Below are positions 50,431 to 60,160 of a stretch of 64,000 nucleotides of DNA, in pieces. The translations under genes were made by a program, and so were the position numbers. The first letter of the stretch is position 1. Every line of letters starts with the position of its first letter. The stretch comes from Candidatus Latescibacterota bacterium (lineage in GTDB: Bacteria; Latescibacterota; UBA2968; GCA-2709665). The notes below the pieces were generated by a model. That model was not told the DNA's origin and searched no databases. It saw only the letters and a list, made by a program, of their open reading frames with translations. The stretch covers positions 832,001 through 896,000 of the forward strand of contig CAXXXF010000015.1 in the NCBI GenBank assembly GCA_963667175.2, written 5' to 3'.

Positions 50431-51414
50431 ATGAGAACTCCGCTCTGTGTTTTCACACCACAGGTTGGTACGATTTCGGAAACCTTCATCCGCCGCCATG
50501 TAAAGGATCTGCTGCCCGGCGGAACCGTCGCGATAACATGCCAGGTAGGTGATCCGGCACGATCCAGTTGGAGTGTAGACGGTCCGATGCTCGTGTTAGA
50601 TCACATCGAACCGGTTCGGTTCACACGAGAGACCGGTTGGGAGTTTGCTTCGAGTCATTTGGACGCAATAAAAGGATACTTGCAGGAAAACCGGGTGCAG
50701 GTTGTATTGGGAGAATACCTGGACGTGTGCCTGCCTCTTTTGGAGATCGCTCTAGAGTTGGACATTCCATTCTGGGGTCACGCGCATGGCTACGACATCT
50801 CGATGCGTCTACGTGATCCCGACATGAGAGATAAGTACCTGAGATACAGCGACGGGGCAGGCGTTATTGTTGGTTGTGAGTGGGCCCGAGAAAGGCTAAT
50901 TCGATTGGGTCTTCCGACCCAGAAGCTTTACGTCGCAGCCTGTGGTGTTGCCGTGCCGAAACGACCGGTGATCCGGTCGTTTCGGGGACAAATCCGATGC
51001 TTGGCAGTCGGACGCTTTGTGCCCAAGAAAGGTCCTTTATTCACTCTGGCTGCGATTCGCAAAGCGTTGAAAGTGTGTCCAAATCTACGATTGGATTTTA
51101 TCGGTTCAGGTGAAATGTTGCCTGCGGCTCAGGAGGAGGCAATGGCGCACAACCTTCCAGTTGTTGCGACCCGACATGCCGGCATTCCGGAGGCAGTGAA
51201 AGAAGGAATAACTGGATTCTTGGTTAATGAAGGCAATACCATCGGCATGGCGGAGTATGTCGTCAGGCTGGCGCACGTTGGGGAATTGCGCGATCGCATG
51301 GGAAATGCCGGCCGTACGCGGATCGTTGAGCGTTTTTGCTGGGGAGACGAACGTCTTGCTTTATTGGACCTGTTCGGACTTCGAAATGGCACTGACGGCA
51401 CTGCAGCAGCTTGA
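50431..51414 (+). CDS. Glycosyltransferase family 4, apparently internally deleted
   Basis: SETFIRRH, HAHGYD, VGRFVPKKG, EAMA..PVVATRHAGIPE; segment before EAMA missing. Confidence 0.75.
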   Translation: MRTPLCVFTPQVGTISETFIRRHVKDLLPGGTVAITCQVGDPARSSWSVDGPMLVLDHIEPVRFTRETGWEFASSHLDAIKGYLQENRVQVVLGEYLDVCLPLLEIALELDIPFWGHAHGYDISMRLRDPDMRDKYLRYSDGAGVIVGCEWARERLIRLGLPTQKLYVAACGVAVPKRPVIRSFRGQIRCLAVGRFVPKKGPLFTLAAIRKALKVCPNLRLDFIGSGEMLPAAQEEAMAHNLPVVATRHAGIPEAVKEGITGFLVNEGNTIGMAEYVVRLAHVGELRDRMGNAGRTRIVERFCWGDERLALLDLFGLRNGTDGTAAA

Positions 51415-51477
51415 ATAACGGATTTCGACATGGGCTGCGATCAGAATTGCCGTAATGCTTAATCTTGAAGGGGGTAG

Positions 51478-52068
51478 ATGAAGATGCAATCTAAGGAAGA
51501 TGGCAAGAACTTCGCACTGGTCGTGCTTGGCTTGGGCAGGTCCTTTCTCGATATCCCACGAATTATGAGAATTGCGAGCGAAGAGCACTCCAACGCTGTA
51601 ATTGTCACTGGTCGCGGCGCCTGTGAAGACGTAATAAAGTTCGTAAAGCACATCGCCCGAGACGTCGAAATCTTGCCGGTTGAGAATGGATCTGCATCTT
51701 CGACCATCGGGAATTCGTTCATGAGCGGCCAGAAGCCACCACACGTACTTGCCGAACGACTCGATCGTTATTTGGAACAACATTACCAACAGGATTCATT
51801 GAGATTGAGGGATCTATGTACCAGCTTTCGGATCTCGTCAAGTTATGTTACTCGGCTCTTCAGGGAACATGTGGGTATGTCGTTTCGGAAACGGCTGAAT
51901 CTACACAGGATAAGGAAAGCGAAGGATCTGCTGAAAACCACGGACCAAACCGTGGATTGCATTGCGAAGGACTGCGGCTTCAAGAATCATACGCGGCTCA
52001 CAGAAGCGTTCTATCGGTTTGAAGGCATGCCGCCGGGTCAGTTCAGGAGGGACTATTCCTCTTCCTAA
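51478..52068 (+). CDS. AraC-family regulator with short receiver-like N-terminus
   Basis: SSSYVTRLF, RIRKAKDLL, IAKDCGF, GMPPGQFR. Confidence 0.8.
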   Translation: MKMQSKEDGKNFALVVLGLGRSFLDIPRIMRIASEEHSNAVIVTGRGACEDVIKFVKHIARDVEILPVENGSASSTIGNSFMSGQKPPHVLAERLDRYLEQHYQQDSLRLRDLCTSFRISSSYVTRLFREHVGMSFRKRLNLHRIRKAKDLLKTTDQTVDCIAKDCGFKNHTRLTEAFYRFEGMPPGQFRRDYSSS

Positions 52069-52122
52069 AACGAAGAGGGTGAGATGCCACATTCTGCAAT
52101 TTCTGACGGAGGACATGGGAAT

Positions 52123-53052
52123 ATGGATTCGAAAGAGACAGTCTTGCGAGGGTCAACGTGCAAGATTCATTCGTCTGCTGTTGTTGGTTCCGGAACCAGA
52201 GTAGGCGAGTATACGAAAATTATGGCTAGAGCGAGGGTTGGTTCCGTATGCGAAATCGGACACAATGTAGTGATCCACAACGACACTGTAATTGAAGACA
52301 ACGTGCGGATCGACGATTACGCGTCCGTGGGGAAGTTGCCAATGAAAGCTGTTGCGAGTGTCTTTGATGCAGATATGAAACTCGAGCCAGCCCAAATTGG
52401 TACTGGTTGTCTGATTGGTACGTCAGCGATTCTCTATCGCGGCTGCAGAATTGGGGAACACGTGCTTGTCGCGGACCTGGCGACCGTTCGGGAACACAGC
52501 AAGGTGGGCGATTTTACCATAGTTGGACGCGGGGTTGCGGTCGAAGGCCACGTAAATGTAGGACCGCGCTGCAAAATTGAAGCCGGGGCGTATATTGCCG
52601 GACCTACTGATATTGAGGAAGGGTGTTTCATTGCACCTGGAGTCGTCGTAACGAATGACAATTTCATGGGGCGTACGGAAGCCCGGAAGAAACAATTTAG
52701 AGGCATCAGCATGAACGTTGGAGGTCGAATAGGCGCGAATGCTACTTTGCTGCCTGGAAAGAGGATTGCCCCGGATGGAGTGGTGGCCGCCGGCGCAGTA
52801 GTTACGCATGACGTGCCATCTCGGACGATCGTATCCGGAGTACCGGCGCGCTATTTTGGGGAGGTCCCACACGACCAACTGTGGCCAAACCAGGAATCGC
52901 GCCTGAACGGCAAAGACGCTTCGAATCAGCTCGAAAAGGTCGCGCGATTGCCGCACTTGGATCGGCAGCACGCATCCGAGATGGAAGCAACCGGGATCGT
53001 GTTCTTTTTCGATGAATTCGCATTCGAGTACAGGAATGATTCTTCAGATTAG
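52123..53052 (+). CDS. Hexapeptide-repeat (left-handed beta-helix) N-acetyltransferase
   Basis: IHSSAVV, FIAPGVVVTND, IGANATLLPG, AAGAVVTHDV, GVPAR. Confidence 0.88.
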   Translation: MDSKETVLRGSTCKIHSSAVVGSGTRVGEYTKIMARARVGSVCEIGHNVVIHNDTVIEDNVRIDDYASVGKLPMKAVASVFDADMKLEPAQIGTGCLIGTSAILYRGCRIGEHVLVADLATVREHSKVGDFTIVGRGVAVEGHVNVGPRCKIEAGAYIAGPTDIEEGCFIAPGVVVTNDNFMGRTEARKKQFRGISMNVGGRIGANATLLPGKRIAPDGVVAAGAVVTHDVPSRTIVSGVPARYFGEVPHDQLWPNQESRLNGKDASNQLEKVARLPHLDRQHASEMEATGIVFFFDEFAFEYRNDSSD

Positions 53053-53062
53053 GAATTCGACC

Positions 53063-53614
53063 ATGGGTGTCGAAAGGGGTCCCGAGTATTACGATGAGGT
53101 GTATGGGTCTACGGAACTTTACCGACTTCACTATACTGAGTCGCGTTGCTACGCACTTTGGGGGCGGATCTTGAAGTTCCTGTCCATCTATCCATCGCCG
53201 CGTATCCTGGAAATTGGGAGCGGCACGGGGCAGTTAGCGCATCTGCTGTGGGACGAAGGATATAGAAATTATAGGGGGTTCGATTTTAGTCCCGAAGCAA
53301 TTCGTATCGCGAACGGGATTTGCAAGCAGTCTTTCTGGGTAGCCGACGCACGGGAGCCGAAGACTTACGCTTGCGACTATGATTTGGTACTGGCAGTTGA
53401 CCTGCTGGAACACGTAGAAGACGATTTCGGGATTATCGGTCACATTAAAAAGGGAACCCCCTTTATTTTCACCTTGCCGACATTTGATGACCCGGCGCAT
53501 GTGAGATGGTTCAGGCATCCGGAAGAGATCTATGAGCACTACGGCTCGCATATTGGATTTACCGGTGTGTCCTTCGTCAACCCGTGGTTCGTTTGTCTGG
53601 GTACGAATTACTGA
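53063..53614 (+). CDS. Class I SAM-dependent methyltransferase
   Basis: ILEIGSGTG, GFDFS, LLEHVEDD. Confidence 0.88.
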   Translation: MGVERGPEYYDEVYGSTELYRLHYTESRCYALWGRILKFLSIYPSPRILEIGSGTGQLAHLLWDEGYRNYRGFDFSPEAIRIANGICKQSFWVADAREPKTYACDYDLVLAVDLLEHVEDDFGIIGHIKKGTPFIFTLPTFDDPAHVRWFRHPEEIYEHYGSHIGFTGVSFVNPWFVCLGTNY

Positions 53615-53665
53615 ATGGCAGCCGGTAAGTGATTTGTTGCCGCTTGACTAACTCTGAGACGCTTA

Positions 53666-55189
53666 ATGCCCTTGCTTCTATCTGGCGTGTTAGCCGCTGT
53701 CACTCTTGTAAGGCTGATACCTCGTTTATCGGCTCCTGCAATGGTGTCGGACACCTATGCACACTGGACTTGGATAAAGCGAATAAAGAAAGACGGCTAC
53801 CACTGCACGCACAAGATGGTTCACTATTACCCATTGGGGTTTCACCGAATGATCAGTGTATTGCCGCATCGCTTACTGGTGTGTTGGGAGAAAGTGAACG
53901 GTGCGTTCTTCGACGGCGTCCACGTTTTGCTGTTTGCATTGGTCCTCGATACATTTGCTAAAGGGTTAGAGGATGTAATCGTTTGGGGCTGGGGACCCTT
54001 GTTGTTAGGTCTGTCTCCCGGCTGGCTTTCGTTAGGCCGCGGACCTCGGGCGTACCATGGTACGCCCCGCGTATGGGGCGAGTTGCTTGTCAGCTGTGCA
54101 TTTGTAAGCCTGTGGTTTTTCCAGGATACGGGTTCTTGGTATTGGTGGTGTGGCGCTACGGGCTCAGGCGCACTTCTCCTATTGTCGAGTAAGTTCGGTA
54201 CGCAGACGCTTGTGTTTTTCTGCGTGATTGTGGGTCTGTTACAGTGGAGTATTCCTGTTATATGCTTGCCTCTTGTATCTCTCGCCGGTGCTTTTCTGGT
54301 TTCAAAAGGCAACTATAAGGCGATTCTGAGCGGACATTTGCGGCATCTGGTTTGGTACGCAATGCGCGTACAAAAAGGTGAGATGTTTGTTGCCGGACGT
54401 AATTCACTAACCGCGATTCGGCGGGTCTATCGCAGAGAAGGAATCCGGGGCGCCCTGACCCATTTCTTTACCGTGAATGGCGTGGGAACAGGTGTCTTTC
54501 AGCATCCCCTGCTATGCGTTGTGCTGATTCTAAGCCTTTTGGACGTGGGCATCTTGGAAGGGTCGGTCTTTGCGTGGCACTGGTTGCTGGCCGGAGTTGC
54601 CACGTGGCTGCTTTCTTCAACTCGCCGTCTATTGTTCGTCGGCGCTGCTGAGCGTTATCTGTTTATGGTTGCCGTAGCAGAATATTTCCTCGTTTGCCAA
54701 TGGCTTGCCACGGTATCTCCTTTCTGGCGTTGGGCTTTTGTGAGTATATGCGTTTTGTATTGGGTGCGCTACGTGTGGCGGTTTCAATGCATATACGGAG
54801 GCTATTATCTGGAAAGCGAATCCAGAAAGCAGGTGATTAGATTCCTTGCGGGTCTTCAACCGGCACGAATCCTCGCATTTGATCGGGCTCCGGCGTGGGA
54901 CGTGGCGTTCAAAACTGACCACGAACACTTTATGATGGTGCCCGAATTCGGAACAGCGGCAGCGTGGGATGCAGTGTTTGCCTTCGATACCTATCCCAAA
55001 TGGACTGCGGTTTCGCTCTTGGGTGTGGAGTTGATATTGGTGAATCGAGATGCAATTGCCGATGCGATCCGGAGAAATGTTTCGGTGAAATTTCCATTTT
55101 CGGATCTTCGAAAGCTCTTTGACAACAAGGCATATCAAGTTTATAGGGTGGAAGTTTCCCACCAGAAGATGTCCCTTTGTACTCACTAA
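53666..55189 (+). CDS. Polytopic membrane protein (possibly GT-C-like)
   Basis: Many TM segments; SDTYAH, YYPLGFH, TPR and ERY loop motifs. Confidence 0.65.
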   Translation: MPLLLSGVLAAVTLVRLIPRLSAPAMVSDTYAHWTWIKRIKKDGYHCTHKMVHYYPLGFHRMISVLPHRLLVCWEKVNGAFFDGVHVLLFALVLDTFAKGLEDVIVWGWGPLLLGLSPGWLSLGRGPRAYHGTPRVWGELLVSCAFVSLWFFQDTGSWYWWCGATGSGALLLLSSKFGTQTLVFFCVIVGLLQWSIPVICLPLVSLAGAFLVSKGNYKAILSGHLRHLVWYAMRVQKGEMFVAGRNSLTAIRRVYRREGIRGALTHFFTVNGVGTGVFQHPLLCVVLILSLLDVGILEGSVFAWHWLLAGVATWLLSSTRRLLFVGAAERYLFMVAVAEYFLVCQWLATVSPFWRWAFVSICVLYWVRYVWRFQCIYGGYYLESESRKQVIRFLAGLQPARILAFDRAPAWDVAFKTDHEHFMMVPEFGTAAAWDAVFAFDTYPKWTAVSLLGVELILVNRDAIADAIRRNVSVKFPFSDLRKLFDNKAYQVYRVEVSHQKMSLCTH

Positions 55190-55495
55190 TTAAGTCCCGC
55201 ACCGTTTGGTTCAACGGTGGAATTGGGGATGTGTATTCCCAATGTCGACGCTGGTGCCCATCTACAAGTGTTGAGTGAGACTACCTTTCCTGTGCGATTA
55301 GCCAAGTGGACCGACATCTTCCATATTTTCGGCCAAGAAGCGTGAAAAAGCTCGCAGAGTAAGAACTCCGTGCCACGAATTGACACAAGAGGGTTTCCCC
55401 GCATTCGCAAGTTCGGCAGGACATTTGGTAGGTAGATGTAAATTTGCATTGGTGGGATTCTAAAGCAAGGGGCTTGACAAATAGGAGATTTGCTA

Positions 55496-56716
55496 ATGAA
55501 GGTGTGCATGATAACGTTTCAATATCCTCCAATGTTCAACGGTGGTGTCGCAACGGTTTCCTACAGATTAGCCAAGAATCTGGCGGCCCACGGTGTTGAA
55601 ATGCATGTTGTTGCTCCAGGCGCGCACTTGATTGAAGAGCGCATATTCCCAACCTTTGAGGAGGATGTCGTGGTACACCGTACGTTTCCGGCCCTTGGAA
55701 CGTACTTCGGTGACCATGCTGAACTTGGGCGGATTGCTGACTACATAATTGCCTTGCATGGTGAAGTTAACTTCGACCTTGTTCATGCCTTATTTGTCGT
55801 ACCTGCGGGGCAGATCGGTGCCGTTTTGTCGGGACAAATCGATTTACCATTGGTAGTGAGTATCCATGGAAGCGATATCGAATTAATGCGATATAACCCG
55901 GTTTTATCTCCAACTGTAAGATGGATTCTAGAAAATGCCAGTGAGGTGACCGCTGTAAGTTCTGATTTGCTAGATAAAGCCCAGCGGTTTGCGGGGATTA
56001 CAAAGGGTTGGGTCATCCCCAATGCAGTCGATCCGAGATCTTTCGACTCGTTGTCCGTCCGAGAGTTGGCCGCAAACCACGGATGGCGGTTTCAAGTTAT
56101 CGTCGAGTCCTGCATACGTGCCAAACGCCGCGGCGGACCGGTAGTGGGAACAGTGGGGATGGTTAGGCCTGCAAAAGGGTTCTCGTTTCTCTTGCGAGCT
56201 TTTCACAAACTCGTGCAGAAATTCCCCCGCGCGCATTTACTTATAGTGGGGGATTTTATGAATCCTGATGAGAAAAAGAGAGTCTTCGATGAAATTAAGG
56301 CGAAAGGATTGAGGCGAAAGGTGTCATTGGTCGGCTTCGTGCCGGCGAGCCAAGTGGCTGCGTGGTTACGTGAAATGGATATTTTCGTGCTTCCATCCCT
56401 TCACGAAGGTTCTCCTTGCGCATTGATGGAGGCAATGGCATGTGGCCTTTCAGTGATCGCGACCGATATTGGAGGAATTCCGGATATAATAACGGACGGC
56501 GTTCATGGTCTGTTGGTGCCTCCCAGCGATTCAGAGGTGCTCGCGGAAAAAATCATCGCCTTGATTGATGATAATACGATGCGCACGAGACTGGGCACAG
56601 CCGCAAAACAACGAATGGAATGCGAGTTTTCACCAGAAATCGAGATAAACAAATGGATGGATGTTTATGTTTCGGTCAAGAAAGGGACGCAGACATCAGT
56701 GCAAATCTTACACTGA
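55496..56716 (+). CDS. Glycosyltransferase family 4
   Basis: YPPMFNGG, HGSDI, PNAVD, KG, PSLHEGSPCALMEAMA. Confidence 0.93.
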   Translation: MKVCMITFQYPPMFNGGVATVSYRLAKNLAAHGVEMHVVAPGAHLIEERIFPTFEEDVVVHRTFPALGTYFGDHAELGRIADYIIALHGEVNFDLVHALFVVPAGQIGAVLSGQIDLPLVVSIHGSDIELMRYNPVLSPTVRWILENASEVTAVSSDLLDKAQRFAGITKGWVIPNAVDPRSFDSLSVRELAANHGWRFQVIVESCIRAKRRGGPVVGTVGMVRPAKGFSFLLRAFHKLVQKFPRAHLLIVGDFMNPDEKKRVFDEIKAKGLRRKVSLVGFVPASQVAAWLREMDIFVLPSLHEGSPCALMEAMACGLSVIATDIGGIPDIITDGVHGLLVPPSDSEVLAEKIIALIDDNTMRTRLGTAAKQRMECEFSPEIEINKWMDVYVSVKKGTQTSVQILH

Positions 56717-56920
56717 GGTTGTGGATGAGAAATTCCCCACACAACGTAGTACGCGACCCACGGAATCACTCTAGTCAAGCATTATTCCATGTAAATCCAG
56801 TTCTTCCATACCGTCCATTCGCCCCCCTGATGGATTAACCCGCTTAACATGGTGGCAACTCTAGACCTGCGGTAATCGAAATCCAGGATCCAGGCCGCAA
56901 TCAATTTGACGAGACTTAAG

Positions 56921-57523
56921 ATGAATTGGACACGTAAGAAGATAAACTGGAAACGGCTTGTTGTGGGTCTAGTTGTATTTATGTCGTTGTTGGATGTATT
57001 CCTTCTTGCAAATGTGACGTGGAGGCATTTTCGCATCCAAAGGTTAATCGACGAAGAGCAGGGAATCTTAGATTTGAATTTTCCTCCGTTGTCAGAGAAA
57101 CAGAGAGAAGAAATCATCGGCGAAATATTCCCGGACTTCACTTGGATTGAAAAGGCAATACATGGCAAGATAATAGGATACCGGGTCTTTAGGGTTACCA
57201 CTTTGCTTGGATACGCCTATCAAGTCAGAGAGGACATACCATGTCCTGTATGTGAAGATGTCAGATATTTCGTGGGACTTGGGCCTGAAAACACGATTCT
57301 TGACATTGTATTGGTGGATAATTTCCACCTTTACGGGAATCCGTTGCCTGAAATCGATCACCAGATATTTCTGACGCAGTTCTTAAATAAGAGGATAGAT
57401 GATTCATCATTTTCTAATGAAGAAATAAAGGGAATTACCGGGGCCACCAAGACGACGCAACGATTTGTGGATGGCATGCGAGGTGTTAAAGCCATTCATG
57501 GAAAGGAATCAACAGTACGATGA
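56921..57523 (+). CDS. Membrane-anchored FMN-binding protein with CxxC
   Basis: N-terminal TM, CPVC, FLTQF, flavinylation motif GITGATKT. Confidence 0.75.
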   Translation: MNWTRKKINWKRLVVGLVVFMSLLDVFLLANVTWRHFRIQRLIDEEQGILDLNFPPLSEKQREEIIGEIFPDFTWIEKAIHGKIIGYRVFRVTTLLGYAYQVREDIPCPVCEDVRYFVGLGPENTILDIVLVDNFHLYGNPLPEIDHQIFLTQFLNKRIDDSSFSNEEIKGITGATKTTQRFVDGMRGVKAIHGKESTVR

Positions 57524-58119
57524 TGATCTCAAGCTGGATCAAACCATTGTCCCCATTAATGCTAGCCTGTATTACGGTTTGGCTATTGCATTTTGGGCAA
57601 GTTCAGACCAATGAAATCATCCAGTTAGAAGACCGAATAGAACGCTTGAGGCACCCGCAGGCATCTCATTTGGCTTCGGTCCCAATCGGAAAAACGGCAC
57701 CGTCATTTCAGCTACCTACTCTTGGTGGCATGAACTTTGTCTTTGATAGACCACAGTCTAGACTTTCGATCATCGTGTTTTTTTCTCCCAATGACTGTCC
57801 TTTATGTCTGATTGAAGCGTTAATTTGGCGCGAATTGGATGAACTCTACGAATCCAAGGATGTTTCGGTAATTGGAATCATAGATGGAAAAATTGATGTT
57901 CGGCAAATTAGGATGTTTTTGAAATCAAGGCGGATAGAATTCCCCGTATTGGTCGATAACGGGGCCCTCATTAGGCAGGCGTTCGGTGTAAAACATACAC
58001 CCATTCGTATTATCGTAGATTCATCGGGCAGAATCGTCGATGCTGAACTATCCACCAATAGCTCCATAAAACATAGGAACCTCAAAGAGAAAGTCGCCAG
58101 GCTTCTAATGATCAACTGA
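57520..58119 (+). CDS. Membrane-anchored redoxin/TlpA-like protein
   Basis: IGKTAPSFQL, CPLC, FPVLVD, cis-Pro HTP. Confidence 0.85.
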   Translation: MMISSWIKPLSPLMLACITVWLLHFGQVQTNEIIQLEDRIERLRHPQASHLASVPIGKTAPSFQLPTLGGMNFVFDRPQSRLSIIVFFSPNDCPLCLIEALIWRELDELYESKDVSVIGIIDGKIDVRQIRMFLKSRRIEFPVLVDNGALIRQAFGVKHTPIRIIVDSSGRIVDAELSTNSSIKHRNLKEKVARLLMIN

Positions 58120-58332
58120 GTCCCAAAACACTGTATAACTTGAATGGTAGGGCACCGCGAAGATTCCGACATTGAACATTCACTAAACGACGCAGAAGAA
58201 CGACTAAGCACACTTCGTTCTGCACGAGGCAGTTTGTGCGCGTTAACGTCAGTGATTTTTTAAACTTCTACTATTCTGACGGTATACACCACGCCCCGTA
58301 GATCAGATTGACTACATCTAAGGAGGTACGAA

Positions 58333-58536
58333 ATGAGATCAAAGATATTAAGTGCATTCGGTCTCGCATTCATGGGGATCGCAGGCATTGGATGGTTGGG
58401 CGGCAGCGCTACGATGGCTTGCCCGCCGAACAATACGTGTAACGCAAACCAGGAACCAGAGCCGATTCCGTGCATTTCCGACTATTGCGGGGAGCAGAAT
58501 GTAGGCGGCTATTGCATCATGTGTGTCTCTAGTTAG
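58333..58536 (+). CDS. Small secreted six-cysteine peptide
   Basis: AAGGAGGT RBS; signal peptide ending ATMA; mature CPPNNTCNANQEPEPIPCISDYCGEQNVGGYCIMCVSS. Confidence 0.78.
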   Translation: MRSKILSAFGLAFMGIAGIGWLGGSATMACPPNNTCNANQEPEPIPCISDYCGEQNVGGYCIMCVSS

Positions 58537-58720
58537 CCGACCCGCAATTAAGTCAGGTGCAATCTGAGCCGGAATTGTAGTTAGTTCCGGTCGAACTCAA
58601 AGGCCATTAAAACTAAACATGTGGCAATCTCCTGCCGGGCGTGGTGTAGATAATCCGAAAAACGTACCGAAATCGTTCAAACCGTCAAGTAAGTGGAACC
58701 TAAATTAACAGGAGAGACCT

Positions 58721-59770
58721 GTGAAAACCAGATTGTCCTTTTCGGTTCTTTATTTTATTTCGAGCATAGGATTGGTGATGAACTGTGGAAGAGGGGTGGC
58801 CGACAGACCGGCTTGGGAGGGGAAGAAGAAGATCGTTATGGAGAAAGAGTTTAGCATCGGTTCGGATGATTTGGCCAGAGGAGACTATATTTTCGGCAGT
58901 ATCTGTGATATTGCAACGGATAGCGATGGAAACATATATGTGGCAGATAACGGCATGTTTCGCGTGCAAAAATTCCGCTCTGACGGAGAATTCGTCTTGT
59001 CAATAGGAAAAGGCAACGGGCTAGGGCCAGGGGAATTTGTGCGGATGACCAAGATCTCAATAGACGCGGAAGACAACCTGTATGTATCGGACCTGCAACA
59101 ACGCCGTATTACAGTGTTTAACCCTAATGGTGCCGTTGTCAATACGATCAAGGTGAAAATGATGCCGTTTCAGTCAGTAGTTGGGGCCAATGGGGCTATA
59201 TTTACGACTGGATTTCCGCCTTCCTTTAGCGGGCCGCTGATTCACAAATACGACCAAAGTGGATCATTGGTTGGATCTTTCTGCAGACGTGACGGCATTC
59301 ACGAGCTGACGTTTCGAAGTGGAGATGCGGGTAGGCTAGCCATGGATCGTGACGGTAATATCCTTTACACGATCGTCTATCCGTACGAAATTCGGAAGTT
59401 TTCACCTGATGGTGAACTCTTAGGTGTGATTAAACGGACACCGTCGTTCTACGACCCACCAACTAGTGAACATCTGGAAATGTTCAGAACTCCGGTCGTA
59501 AAGATGCGAAGTGGTTCAAAAGGGCTGGTTGTCTTACCCAACAATCAAGTCTTCCATGTGATATATGAACTCAAAGGTGAAAAGCTTGTGTTTTACGGTG
59601 ACTTGTTCTCCTCGGATGGTCGGTGGTTGCTGACAGTTCCCCTAACCGAAGTTAATATTCACTCGTATAGAATTATGTGGGCGGATCGGCACGGTAACTT
59701 TTACTTCGATGAGTCAGCAATATTCCCCAAGGTGACCAAATATTCCTTCGGTATTGTCGACGTGATTTAG
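58721..59770 (+). CDS. NHL-repeat six-bladed beta-propeller lipoprotein
   Basis: AGGAG RBS, lipobox LVMNC, DSDGNIYVAD, GLGPGEF. Confidence 0.88.
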   Translation: MKTRLSFSVLYFISSIGLVMNCGRGVADRPAWEGKKKIVMEKEFSIGSDDLARGDYIFGSICDIATDSDGNIYVADNGMFRVQKFRSDGEFVLSIGKGNGLGPGEFVRMTKISIDAEDNLYVSDLQQRRITVFNPNGAVVNTIKVKMMPFQSVVGANGAIFTTGFPPSFSGPLIHKYDQSGSLVGSFCRRDGIHELTFRSGDAGRLAMDRDGNILYTIVYPYEIRKFSPDGELLGVIKRTPSFYDPPTSEHLEMFRTPVVKMRSGSKGLVVLPNNQVFHVIYELKGEKLVFYGDLFSSDGRWLLTVPLTEVNIHSYRIMWADRHGNFYFDESAIFPKVTKYSFGIVDVI

Positions 59771-60160
59771 TTTGAAGATAAACGGGGTCCAAACCCCCGC
59801 TTTGTTTTACCCGTATCAAGGTGAGACGATCGGAATGGCCTTGAAAGTGACTGGCGTGGAAAGCTGACAATGCGGATTGCCCTTTGGCGATGCTTCTTTG
59901 TCTACAATGTAATCCTTTCAGACATTCCGGAAGCCCAATCGGTCACTTCTACAGTTCGCTATTTGTTTCCTTTGGACTTAAGTATTCCAGAGAAAACCGA
60001 ACGTGACAAAATGAAAATGTCAATCCGAATCTACCTGCTATTGAATGTAACCATTTGCTTCTCGACAGTAAATGCAAGGGAAGTCACGGAAACTCGTCTT
60101 TCCATGGGCACCTTCGTATCTGTTACGATTGACGATGTTTTCGGACGGTCTGACCGGATC

